DNA from: Mytilus trossulus
Lineage: Eukaryota
DNA length: 64,000 nucleotides
Reading direction: 5' to 3'
Assembly: GCF_036588685.1 (NCBI RefSeq)
Contig: NC_086373.1
Coordinates: 106,020,001-106,084,000 of the forward strand
Shown here: positions 40,575 to 53,164 of the stretch, one piece after another
Layout of the letters: every line of letters starts with the position of its first letter
How positions within the stretch are numbered: the first letter of the stretch is position 1
Made by a program: the position numbers and the translations under genes
Notes under the pieces: model-generated
What the model saw: only the letters and a program-made list of their open reading frames with translations
Databases searched by the model: none
Told to the model about the DNA's origin: nothing

Positions 40575-41980
40575 ACAGACAAAGATTGAAGGCCACACTT
40601 TTTACACGGACAAAGATTTGAAAGCACACTTTTGACACAGAAAAAGATTTCACATGCACTACACTTTTTATACAGAAATAGATTTGTGGCCACTCTTTTT
40701 ACACAGAAATAGAAATGAGCTCTCTCTTTTTACACAGACAACGATTTGAGACCACACTTTTTACACAGGCAAAGATTTGTGATCACACTTTCGACACGGA
40801 AAAGGATTTCACACTACAATTTTAACACAGAAATAGATTTGAGGCCACTCTTTTTACACAGAAATAGATAATAGCCCTTTCCTTTTACACAGACAACGAT
40901 TTGAGACCACACTTTTTACACAGTAAAAGATTTGTGATCACACTTTTTACTCGAACAAAGATTTCACAATACACTTTTTACACAGAAATAGATTTGAAGC
41001 CACTCTTTTTACACAGACAACGATTTGTGATCACACTTTTTACACGAACAAATATTTAAGACCATGCACTCATTTTACAAAGACATTAATTTCAGGCCTC
41101 ACTTTTGAACTACAATGATTTGACACCACATTTTTTTACGGACAAAGATTTGAGGCTTCACAGAAATGAATTTGAGACCATAATTTTTACACGGACAAAG
41201 ATTTTGAGACCACATTTTTTAATCGGGTAAAGATTTTTACACAATTTTTTACACAAAGATTTGAGGTCACTCATTTCACACGGACAAAGGTTTCAGCCTC
41301 ATTTTTTACACAAACAAAGTTTTGAGGCCATATACACTTTTTACTCAGACAAAGATTTGAGATTACACTGTTTACACCGACAAAGATCCAAACCACACCT
41401 TTTATACGGACAAAGATTTCGATCACAATCACAATTTTCACACGGACAAAGATTTGAGACCAAATTTTGTACACGGATACAAATGTCAGGCTTTACTTTT
41501 TACACAAACAAAGATTTGAGACCATACTCATAACACGGACAATAATTTGAGGGTACACTTTTCAAATAGACATTGATTTGAGACCCACAATTTTTAAACG
41601 GACCAAGACTTGAGACCACACTTTTTATACGGACTAAGATTTGAGACTTCAAAGATTTGAGACTTCAAAGATTTGAGATAACACTTTTTACACGCATAAA
41701 GATTTCAGGCTACACTTTTTACACAGACATCGATTTGAGACAACATTTTAGAGACAAAAGATTTGAGACAACATTTTAGAGACAAAAGATTTGAGACCAC
41801 TCTTTTTACAAGGACAAAGATTTTAGACCACAATTTTTAAACAGACAAAAAATTGAAATCACGCTTTCTACACGGACAAAGATTTCAGGCTACTCTTTTA
41901 ACACAGATATAGATTTTCGAATGATGTTAACGACTTATAAAGACACAGACTTCTGAAAAGGATAAAGATTTGAGGCCATA
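40575..41980. repeat. Degenerate ~31-bp minisatellite
   Basis: Consensus acacggacaaagatttgagaccacacttttt repeated about 40 times. Confidence 0.85.
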
Positions 41981-42029
41981 CTAATTTTGAAACTGGTCGC
42001 CTGGTAGATTTACCAGTAAAGTGACGATT

Positions 42030-42965
42030 GTTCACATTTGGGACAATTGAGACTAGAAGTCTCAGGTGAAAAGAACATTTATTCGAGGCCATACAGGGAT
42101 TGTACACATTTGGGACAACTGCGACAAGTAGTCTCACACGAAAAAGACACATATTCGAGGCAGTACAGGGATTGAACACATTTGAGACAACTGGGACTAG
42201 TAGTCTCAGGCGAAAATGACACATGTTCTAGGCAATATAGGGATTGTACACATTTGGAACTAGTAGTCTCAGTTGAAAAAGACACATATTTGAGGCAATA
42301 CAGGGAGTGTACACATTTGAGACTAGTAATCTCAGTCGAAAAAGACACATATTCGAGGCAATACAGGGATTGTACACATTTGAGACTAGTAGTCTCAGTC
42401 GAAAAAGACACATATTCCAGGCAGTACAGGGATTGAACACATTTGAGACAACTGGGACTAGTAGTCTCAGGCGAAAAGGACAGGTGTTCGAAGCAATACA
42501 GGGATTGTACACATTTGGGACTAGTAGTCTCAGTCGAAAAAGACACATATTCGAGGCAATACAGGGAGTGTACATATTTGGGACTAGTAGTCTCAGTCGA
42601 AAAAGACACATATTCGAGGCAATACAGGGAGTGTACACATTTGGGACTAGTAGTCTCAGTCGAAAAAGACACATATTCGAGGCAATACAGGGAGTGTACA
42701 TATTTGGGACTAGTAGTCTCAGTCGAAAAAGACACATATTCGAGGCAATACAGGGAGTGTACATATTTGGGACTAGTAGTCTCAGTCGAAAAAGACACAT
42801 ATTCGAGGCAATACAGGGAGTGTACACATTTGGGACTAGTAGTCTCAGTCGAAAAAGACACATATTCGAGGCAATACTGGGAGTGTACACATTTGAGACA
42901 ACTGAGACACGTAGTCTCAGGCAAAAAGGACATATATTCGAGGCCATACAGGGATTTGAGACTTA
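42030..42965. repeat. 63-bp minisatellite (some units 75 bp)
   Basis: agacacatattcgaggcaatacaggg at 42541, 42604 and onward. Explains the overlapping repetitive ORFs. Confidence 0.92.
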
Positions 42966-45579
42966 CGTACATATATGACGCCAAACACAGACAGTTAAAA
43001 GATTGCAAAGCGCAGCTGTAAAATTTGATACTATTATAGATTTTCGGCGTTGTTTTTCTCAAATCGATTATACAAAAGAAATAAATATTGATTCCGACTG
43101 ATAAATAAGGGGTTGCTATGTTATAACAAATCAAATATGAATTTTAACGATAAGCCCTAAATTATACGATTTGAGGGTATCAACTTAGCACGTACTGTTG
43201 TACGATTTAAACATGTATTATTGATATATAACGGTGTTACTTGTATATATATAAACTTATAATTCGTCAAAATATTTGCGTGTAATATATAAAATGCTAC
43301 ATAAAGATTTCAAAATTATGTAAGACATTTTTACAGTCTTTTGTTCAACATACCTACCGCAGCTAATCGGGTTATAAAACAATTTTAAATTCAAATTCAC
43401 TTCACAGTTTGGTATCGTACTATCTTGTTTTATATGACAAACAACTAACATTTTCCAAAATACACTAATATATAATGCACCAACTAAAAGTTTGAAAAGT
43501 TATATAAACCGAAGCATAGAAATATGCATCAAATACTATGATTTTGCAGTTTTTGTGGGGTGTTTGTATGCATGTACTTTTAATATTTATTTTGTATGTT
43601 TTTGTTTTGTTTTGTTCTTGTCTTTTTGAAGTGTTTTTTTTTGTGCTAGGTTGTTTGTTTGGGCATTTGTGATCTTCTGGTTGTTTTTTTTTTTTTTTTT
43701 GGGGGGGGGGGATGTTAAATAAAATACATATCTTTATGGTCTTGTAGAAATATAATTCAGTTAACTGAAATTGCACCATATATGCATTTTTTTTGGTGTT
43801 TGTATGTGCCTTTAAAATCTAATTTGTATGATTTTGTTTTGTTTTGTTCTTGTTCTAGCCTTTTTTTTGTTGTGTGTTTTGGGTTAATTTGTTTCTTTTG
43901 GCGTTTGTGATTTTATTTTTTATTTTTTTTGGGGGGGGGGTCAATTTGTACAGTCAGTTATTTTTCTCTTCCCGTTTAATTGATTTAAAATGGAAGATGT
44001 ACTAGGAAAATGAAGATATCTTAATTATATGTTTATATCATCAACCTTTATACAGATATCTTATAAAAATTTGGACACTTCAACAGCAAATTAAAAAAAA
44101 TATCCTACTAAAGCAAAAGAAATACCTCGTTTATAATTTAAGGAAATATTAACAATTACATCGTAAAGTATTCTGATGAAGAAAATTGCAGTAAGAACTG
44201 CATCTTGATTATAAAATTTAATTAAATTTTCGTTTATAAAAGGAAATTAACAGTTACATCGTAAAGTATAATGATGAAGAAATGGTAATAATAACTGTAT
44301 CTTGATAATCAAATTTATTTAAATTTTCAGATCTCTGCAATATAGTTAGGTAACTCTTTATATTTCAAAGTAAAAATATCAATGTAAGGTAAGCGTTAGT
44401 AATTTTTCTGCTAAATGGAATTTAAAAGGATCTGTATTGAGTTTGACATTTGGTGTTGTCTAGGAGAAAATTAATAGCTCAATCATTTCATCCAAGTTTA
44501 AGTACTCTCGAGTCTCTTGATCGAACAACACTGTTAAAGGACTCATGCGCTATGCGAATTCGTTCATGTATACATGTACGTGTTGTTTTGCCATTCGATG
44601 AATATTTTTTTCTATTTTTCTATTCTTGGATAAGTTAGTCTATTTATGAAACTATTGATAACACTTATACAAGAGGGTGGTTGAATATTCACAGATTTGC
44701 CTCAATGTAGTTACGGCCCTGGATTACACAAAGTTCATATCTTTGCATCTGATTAATACCAAGTATGGCGATTTGTGAATTTAAATCACGGCTAGTCTCA
44801 GTGAATTGTCAAAAGTTAAAATAATTCAATCATCAATGTGCATATAAATTGCATTCGTAATAAACGCAAAAAGATAATAGTTGTAATGGTTTATATGATA
44901 ATGCGAGGCCAAACCAAATAATCTTAACTTAATCTCTTTTAATTTGATCCCCGAGTTTTCCTGTAAATCCTGTGAATTTGTTCCAAGTATTATAGATATG
45001 TCTTTCAAATGATATCATATACGAAAGAAAATAATTTGAACGGGCGTATCTTTGATTCTATCTTTAGGCATTGTTTGGCCCATTGTTGTAATTGCACTTC
45101 TTCAATGACAAAACGTGCCTGGTGACAGGTAATAACTGAACTTAATCAAACCTGTTCGTAATAAAAGACATGTCTAGAGATTTTAATTAAGTAAAACTAT
45201 AGATATATATGGTAACATTTTTTAATAAATACTTTTAATATTTTTCAATTTTACCATGGGTAATCATTTTTCTCACATTAGCATACTTTCAACTCAGTTA
45301 ACAAGTTTTGTTTATTTGAAACAAATTGCAAGTTTGAAATGCATGAAATCGGTAACTTATTAGTATTCAATAGTATTTTTAAGTGCATGTAAAGTATACT
45401 TATCTTAGATTTGAGTGATAAAAATGCGACAGAAATGAATATTCGTTCACATATTACTGAGGATGACATGTGAAATCGGTCAATTGCTGATGCATTTATT
45501 TAGCAAAACAAATTTTGTTACATGATTAAAACTATACAGTCAATCAACATGCCCAACGTATCCTACTACAGAGACAAGC

Positions 45580-46695
45580 TTAAGTTTTACATGTATTTGA
45601 ATCAATTCTTTCTAAATTATTCACCCATATTTTACACTTTCTGCTAGCTCCCATCGGCTGTCTATTCAGCTCAATAAGTAGTTTAGAAAATGTTAAATTT
45701 TTACGTCGAGGTTTTTGTGGTTGTGTTATGTATTTTGGATACAAAGGAAGTTTCTGTATAACTTCAACTGATCGTCTGCCTTTAGAATACCGTACATTCG
45801 AATTGTTACTTGGATTGACCTCCGTGAGGTCAGAAATTGAAGGTGGTGGGGACCCTTCACACTCTTCGTTACTTGAAGTTAATTCCATTTTATCTGTTTG
45901 TTGCTTGAATGGATCAATCATTTTGTCCAATCTGTTCATGAAAGCTGTTGTCCTTTCCCTTTGAAGAAATTCTGGGTCACGCACGAACGATTTTTGTCGT
46001 GATTCGGCATCCATCTCCGGCCATTGTTCTAAATCGGGATTAATATTGACTACTCCGTTCCTTGACAGAAAGTTTGTATGCACTTTTATTTGACGATCTT
46101 TCTCATGGGCAGCTCGACTCATCGGCATATACTGCTTCGGTGTTGGTTTGTGCACATGCTTTACACTGTCACGAAAGCGAAAAGGTTCAAATTGAGGCAT
46201 CAAATCGCTATTAGTTAAGGTAACCTTTTCGTCCAAAGGATGAACACCGGATCCCCATTGATTAAAAATACCTAATCTTTCACTTATCTTTTCGGCATGT
46301 CCGTTGCGAAAATATGGAGAATGATTTCTGGAGTCTAATGGCACTTTCTGTCGTGGTGTTGTCGAATTGACTAGAAACAACTCTTCTTCGACTATACGCT
46401 CAGAGCCTCTTGGTCTTTCAGAATGAATGCGTTTTATCCCTTTGTTGAGCATTAATTGTCTGTTTTGTGATTTAGTATTTTGTGTATCAGTTAGCGGTCT
46501 AATAGTAACAACCTGTCGTTTGCCTGCACTGTCATGTGGAGTATTTTTATTCCATTGTCGTTCCGCTAAACTATCGATCTTTTGAAAGTATGCCTGTCCT
46601 CTTCTGATATCAGCAAGTCGTCGGTTTCTGGCCTGTATTTCTAGAAATGTTGGTTTATGTTCATTTCGAATAATTTGAACATTTTCTGATCCCAT
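45580..46695 (-). CDS. Uncharacterised protein, ~371 aa, one long coding exon
   Basis: 1.1-kb non-repetitive stop-free frame, more GC-rich than its flanks, with no TE motifs. A pyrimidine tract plus AG lies just upstream of the ATG at 46695, so the true start could be in an upstream exon. Confidence 0.75.
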   Translation of the reverse strand: MGSENVQIIRNEHKPTFLEIQARNRRLADIRRGQAYFQKIDSLAERQWNKNTPHDSAGKRQVVTIRPLTDTQNTKSQNRQLMLNKGIKRIHSERPRGSERIVEEELFLVNSTTPRQKVPLDSRNHSPYFRNGHAEKISERLGIFNQWGSGVHPLDEKVTLTNSDLMPQFEPFRFRDSVKHVHKPTPKQYMPMSRAAHEKDRQIKVHTNFLSRNGVVNINPDLEQWPEMDAESRQKSFVRDPEFLQRERTTAFMNRLDKMIDPFKQQTDKMELTSSNEECEGSPPPSISDLTEVNPSNNSNVRYSKGRRSVEVIQKLPLYPKYITQPQKPRRKNLTFSKLLIELNRQPMGASRKCKIWVNNLERIDSNTCKT

Positions 46696-48469
46696 CGTTT
46701 TATCCTTGCAACGAAAGAAAAAATCACAAAATGATATATATACCAAGCATCATATCCAAAAAAACATTTTTGCAGTCAAGTTCTTTTTTAATTCTTTTTT
46801 TTTTTTATATATAAAAAGAAACTATAGACCAAAGTTCTATATTCAGACTTCGATTAATCAAACACTCGACGGTCATGTAAATCTTCCGTGTCGCAAAAAT
46901 AATTATAATCAATAGTGACTATTTGATAAATATCCCGGGCTTTAATATCCGTTATCAACAAATTAAAGTAGGAAAAGTTGACTTTCCTTAATATGTTTAT
47001 ACAAATTGATAAAATGTATATTGTCAAAGTATTTATAACACATGCCTACTCCACTGAATATATGTTTAATGAACAAGATTGTTAACAACTACTACAAATA
47101 ACTTTATTGACAATACAAACGAAAAGTGCAAGTCAAAATTGATAGAAATCTAAATTTAAATAGAAAGAAAGGCTTAAAAGGATGGTCTTTGACCTTTGGT
47201 GAAAGAAGATATTTCCATATTAGTGACAGAACTTTTAAATGTATACAAATATAATCTATATCAGGTGACATGTTACTAGTGACTATTGGCATTGAATATG
47301 AAATTAATCATATCGTTTTACCATTGCTTAATATGATTGTAAATAAAGTTCAATAGAATTTATGCCATTACAAATATCAACGTAAATTTATTGGTATTAA
47401 ACAGATTAAAGTATAAAAAGGGGAAGGGAGTATTAACCGAGTCATGCTGACACTTTTATAACAACAACATTCCAACATGAAAAGTTCAAAATCCCCTGAC
47501 CAGGTCTTAACTTATTTTTTTCTTTTGATAATCCTCACTTAACTCGTTTTATCTTACTTCTTAATTTGTACTGTTATGATCTTCAACTGAACGGTGTGTA
47601 AATCTTGAATCTCTCCGTATATATTGTTTGAACTTTAATAATTCCTCATATACTTCCGAAGATATAAGATATGTTTTTAATCGGAAGTCAAATATGGCTA
47701 AAGATGTAAATATATAAAGCACGTTATAAATAAATTAACTAAGGATGTTGACAGTTTGATACGCTGTTTCAAAATATGAATCGTTTTAAAAAGACTGTTA
47801 AAGATTGAAGTTATACAAGTAAAAGAAGAAGAAAAACCAGAACATATGAAAGGTCAGGCCTGTGTCTTTAGACATTGGAAATGTGGTGAGAAATGAATCT
47901 CTCTAGACTTTTCATATATTTAACATTGGTACCTTTCTTCTTATAAAACTATGAACACATAACAAGGATTTGACAACATTTGTTTTTATTACCACTATTA
48001 GATATTGTATTGTATAAAGCAATGGTTGTAGTTGATCACCTTCAATTCTGGACAAAGGAAGATAACTCATTTTTTTAAAGATGACTTTAAAAATGACATT
48101 AATGATATTTTTAGAACAGATACTAGTATTAGATTCTACATGTTGTAAAAAATATAAAGGACTTTTTACTGTAATTGTTTGAGTGAAACTAGGACAAAAC
48201 AACTATAAGACTAAAGTTAAGAAAAAGCAAAACAAAACACGCTTATTACCCACCCAAAAAAATAGTCAAAAATGAGTAGGGAGCTGGCAGCATAGAAATA
48301 ACCTATAATGCAGATGGCGTTGGTGTCCTTATTTGATTTTTTTTCGTACAAAGTCAGGGTCTGATCCTATGTACTGATGATTTCCTTTAGTAAACTGCGC
48401 GCCTTGGAAGCTTATAATCATGGGATTTGTTAAACTGTCAAGTTAAGCATATAAAACTGATAAAGTGTT

Positions 48470-49780
48470 TTGCTCTGTAAAACTGGCCTCGAGTTAAAAG
48501 TAAAGCTAATCTGTAAAAATGTGTCCAAGAGTCAAGTAAATCTTATCATTGCTCTGTAAAACTGTGGCCATGTGTCAAGTTTATGATTGCTCTGTAAAAA
48601 TATGGCCTTGAGCAAGTTAAGCTAGCTTATGATTGCTCTGTAAAACTGTGGACATCTGCCAAGTTTGTTATTGCTCTGTTAAACTGTGGACATGTGTCAA
48701 GTTTATGATTGCTCTGTAAAACTGTGGCCATGTGTCAAGTTTATGATTGCTCTGTAAAACTGTGGACATGTGTCAAGTTTATGATTGCTCTGTAAAACTG
48801 TGGACATGTGTTAAGTTAATGATTTCTCTGTAAAACTGTGGCCATGTCAAGTTTATGATTGCTCTGTAAAACTGGACATATGTCAAGTTTATGATTGCTC
48901 TGTAAAATGTGGAATATATGTGTCAAGTGTATGATTGCTTTGTAAAATTGTGGACATGTGTCAAGTTTATGATTGCTCTGTAAAAATGTGGACATGTGTC
49001 AAGTTTATGATTGCTCTGTAAAACTGTGGTCATGTGTCAAGTTTATGATTGCCCTGTAAAACTGTGTACATGTGTCAAGTTTATGATTGCTCTGTAAAAC
49101 TTTGGACATGTGTCAAGTTTATGATTGCTCTGTAAAACTGTGTCCATGTGTCAAGTTTATGATTTCCCTGTAAAACTGTGTACATGTGTCAAGTTTATGA
49201 TTGCTCTGTAAAACTGGGCATGTGTCAAATTTATGATTGCTCTATAAAACTGTGGATATGTGTCAAGTTTATGATTGCCCTGTAAAACTGTGGACATGTG
49301 TTAAGTTTATGATTTCTCTGTAAAACTGTGGCCATGTCAAGTTTATGATTGCTCTTTAAAACTGGACATATGTCAAGTTTATGATTGCTCTGTAAAATGT
49401 GGAATATATGTGTCAAGTGTATGATTGCCATAAGTTAAGTAAAGCTAATGATTGCTCTGTAAAACTGACCAGAAGTCAAGTAAAGCTAATGATTGCTATG
49501 TAAAAGTGGCCAGAAGTCAAGTTAAGTTAATGATTGCTCTGTAAAACTGGCCAGAAGTCAAGTAAAGCTAATGATTGCTCTGTAAAACTGACCAGAAGTC
49601 AAGTAAAGCTAATGATTGCTATGTAAAACTGGCCAGAAGTCAAGTAAAGCTAATGATTGCTCTGTAAAACTGACCAGAAGTCAATTAAAGCTAATGATTG
49701 CTATGTAAAAGTGGCCAGAAGTCAAGTTAAGCTAATGATTGCTCTGTAAAACTGGCCAGAAGTCAAGTTAAGCTAATAAT
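48470..49780. repeat. Compound minisatellite: 38-bp units, then 41-bp units
   Basis: tgtgtcaagtttatgattgctctgtaaaactgtggaca (48731/48769), then agtaaagctaatgattgctctgtaaaactgaccagaagtca (49561/49602). Confidence 0.92.
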
Positions 49781-51588
49781 TGCTTTTTTAATAATGTGAC
49801 AACGAGACAAGTCACTCAACCATTGCTCTAAAAAACTGGCTATGAATCAAGTAATGTTAATTATGGCTCTTTTAAGTTGAGGCATTGAGTCAAATCAACA
49901 AATTTGATGGCTCTGTAAAACTGTTGCTACGAGTCCAATTTTATAAACATATCTTCCCATGACAAAAGAATACAAATGTATATTTTTATTAAAATACATA
50001 ACATATAAATTGTACAATAAATCAGATAAAATTAAAATAAAGATTTTTTTTATATTACGAAATGTACTACATAATGCAATTAGTTAAATTAAATTAAAAA
50101 ATTAAAATCAGTATTCCAACAACCAAAAGATGACAATAAAATTAATTTGTCAACACAGTTACTAAAGCATTGAACTAAGTGTGTAAAAAAATAAGTTTGA
50201 TCTATAATGTTTTCAAGATTTCAACCAAAAACTGAGAAATTACTTTAGTTCAGGGGCAATAACTCAATTTGGACTGTCTGATACATCTTAAAATTTCCTT
50301 ACATATAGATCTTTACCTCTTATTTTACGTAGGAGATGGAGGCGCTAAATTTTTCAGCCAAGAAATTTTATATATTTTCCCTTTAAAATAATAACAGGAA
50401 TTGATTGGTCTCATCACATTCAATACAAGTCTAACTGATTTCACTTATGTGTTAAACACTGTTTGTCAGTTTACAAAAAAGCAAGCATTTTATAATACAG
50501 CAACCTGGTTACTTGATAACGAAATCAATGATATGTGAGTAGATAATATGATTCTATAAAAATGAAACATAATTATCAAAGCTCTCATGTTTTTCTGGTT
50601 ACATATTAACATTTTGTTATAAATTAAAGCTTATCATCATTTGTATGGTTTAAACTAATACATTATAATATAATTTGTGATTACATGCTTTAAGCAAAAT
50701 TGGTGTATAATTTGGAAACATTATTTCATGTAAGCCAACCATGATTAATCACAAGTTATTCGTTGAATTTTGATATATGGTCTGACTGGCCTCTGAACAA
50801 TAATAATCCAATAGAAGTCAAAAAGTCTTTTAAATACCTTTTGACCTTAAAGGAATTATAATTTCATTTTTTGAAAGATTTAAATGATTTTACACTGACA
50901 TATAATTGGTTTTCCAGTTTTATAGTTTATGCACCACTGATGGAACTAATGTAAAACTAAAGATTCATTAATTTTCTGATAACTATTTGTATGTAAATAA
51001 TGAAGGAAACCGACAATAAAGGATTGAAACAATTCAGATGAAAAAAAAAAGTCTAATGCAAAAGATTTCAACCTCTTGAGAATCATTTTGAAGAGATTCT
51101 AAGATGAGAAAAGGATGAATCATAAAAAGTACAACTGAAAAAAACCCAGAAGGTATATCTAGTTTAGGAAAACATTGTCTAAATCTCTTTACAAATGTAT
51201 TTGTAAACTCATATTAACATGATGGCAACTTTCATGTACTAATTAGAAAACCCCTGTAATTGCTTTTTAAAGCATAAATTGAATAAAAGAACCAAAGTGT
51301 TTTGCAAAGGAAAACCCCAAATAAAAATAATTCTTATCTAAAAATAATAAGTAAGATTAGCAATGCCCCTAAGTCCTGAAAATCTTAGTTTCCTTAAATT
51401 CCATTGGTTGAGAAGGAGATGTGTACTTGACTTTTTTCCCTGTATAACATAATTTGATTGATTTATTTGCTTTCTTAACATCCAGTGGCAATTTAAAATG
51501 CATATAAAAATAGTTCGAAATATAAATAAGTAGCTTCGATAAGGCCCAAATACTGGCCTTATTTCTAGGATTTGGCTTTTATCACAAG

Positions 51589-52642
51589 TAGTGTTGTCAA
51601 ATCGTACACTTTTGCCTAACCGGTTACTCGGATAATCATTCGACCGATTAACCGGTAATTTAAGTTGGTGTTTGAAAGCATTATCAATAGAACCCTACAC
51701 ATAGATATAAGATGTGGTATGAGTGTAAATTTGACAACCTTTCATCCAAGTCATGAATACGCTTTTAGAATTTAAGTTTTTCCTTAAGCATTATAAGGCT
51801 TGTCTGTGAGGATTCCTGGCGAAGTTTGACTTTTAATAATCAAATACAAAGTAGCAACTATAGCATTTGTACCAACTTCAGACAGAAAAATCAAAAACAA
51901 AAATCTCGTAGAATTGAATATGTCATTTGTCTGAAACCCATTATTCTTTCCTTTTCTCTTGTTGTCTCCGAAACTAATGGGGTGTGTTTCAATTTGAAAT
52001 GATTAATTATAAAAAAGAAGATGTGGTTTGATTGCCGATGCGACAAATCTTCACAAGAGACCAACATGACACAGAAATTAACAACTATAGGTTCATTGTA
52101 CATGCTGTACGACCTGTTTCTTCACTGTGTTTCTTTTTTTTCTTTAAGCGTGTTACTGGTACTATCGCATATACATTTAATACATTCACATTGGTTTACG
52201 TTTCACAATTTATGAATTTAAAGAAAGACTAACCCTTGCACTACGGAGGTGGCACAATTAATGTAGGTTTACACAATATCAGATCGAAAACAAAATAATG
52301 AAGTAATTAGTAAAATTAAATCTCATTACTGATTTAAAGTTTTGGTTAAAAAAATATGTTTACTTTAATATTATGTTTCTTAAAGATCCTAACCCGAACT
52401 TTAATTAATTTTATGTTTTAAGGATTAACAATAGCAATCAATATACTGGACAATTGATCTGTCAAACTAATTACCACCACGACAATTTTTAAATAAAACA
52501 TAACTATTTAATGATTTAATTTTCAACACAAACTTATATCAAATCTATCGAAATTGAAAAAAGTCTGGTTAACCGGTTAGCGTTTTTGGTATTCGGTATT
52601 CGGTCATTCGACCGTTTAACTGGTTAACCGTTGACAACACTA
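51589..52642. mobile_element. hAT-like non-autonomous element
   Basis: TIR tagtgttgtcaa / ttgacaacacta; perfect 8-bp TSD atcacaag at 51581-51588 and 52643-52650; subterminal taaccgg repeats. Confidence 0.85.
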
Positions 52643-53164
52643 ATCACAAGATGTTGATAGGAACAGAAGCATATTTGCATTCTTTTTATGACACCAAAAC
52701 AATCAAACAAAATGCAAATTTTCACCAAAATTAAAATAGGGGCTATTTCCATTGGTATTAGATACCAAAATACAAACACATCAACAACAAAAATACAATA
52801 ACATAATGTTTGCTATAACATGTAACCTATAATATGACTTTAATATTGAATTTTACCAAACCCTGCACTGTGTTCATTGAATGTACAAAAATATTTTTTT
52901 TGGCTTATTTGAGGTTTTAATCATATTGAAATACAAAATATATTTTCCTTAAAATTTAAATAATAATTCAAATTTCTACATAATTGAATGTAAAACCGAC
53001 ATATTCAAATGAAGAATATATATCACATTTTGATATTGTTCAAATTATGCTCAAATATAAGTTAACTCCTATCTGTCAATATAGTGATGATTCTGCAGTT
53101 CTGTCTCTCACAAGACAAAGTCCAAGTGTAGTATGTCACAAGATTTCATTAGAATTCTATTCAA

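Noticed and set aside
41898-43134. Long repetitive ORFs on both strands (up to 351 aa, Cys-rich)
   Set aside because: The repeat units are 63 or 75 bp, multiples of 3, so several frames stay open by chance. There is no signal peptide, splice context or frame preference.
40575-49780. Regularly spaced repeats resembling CRISPR arrays
   Set aside because: There are no unique spacers and no cas genes, and the context is eukaryotic; these are minisatellites.
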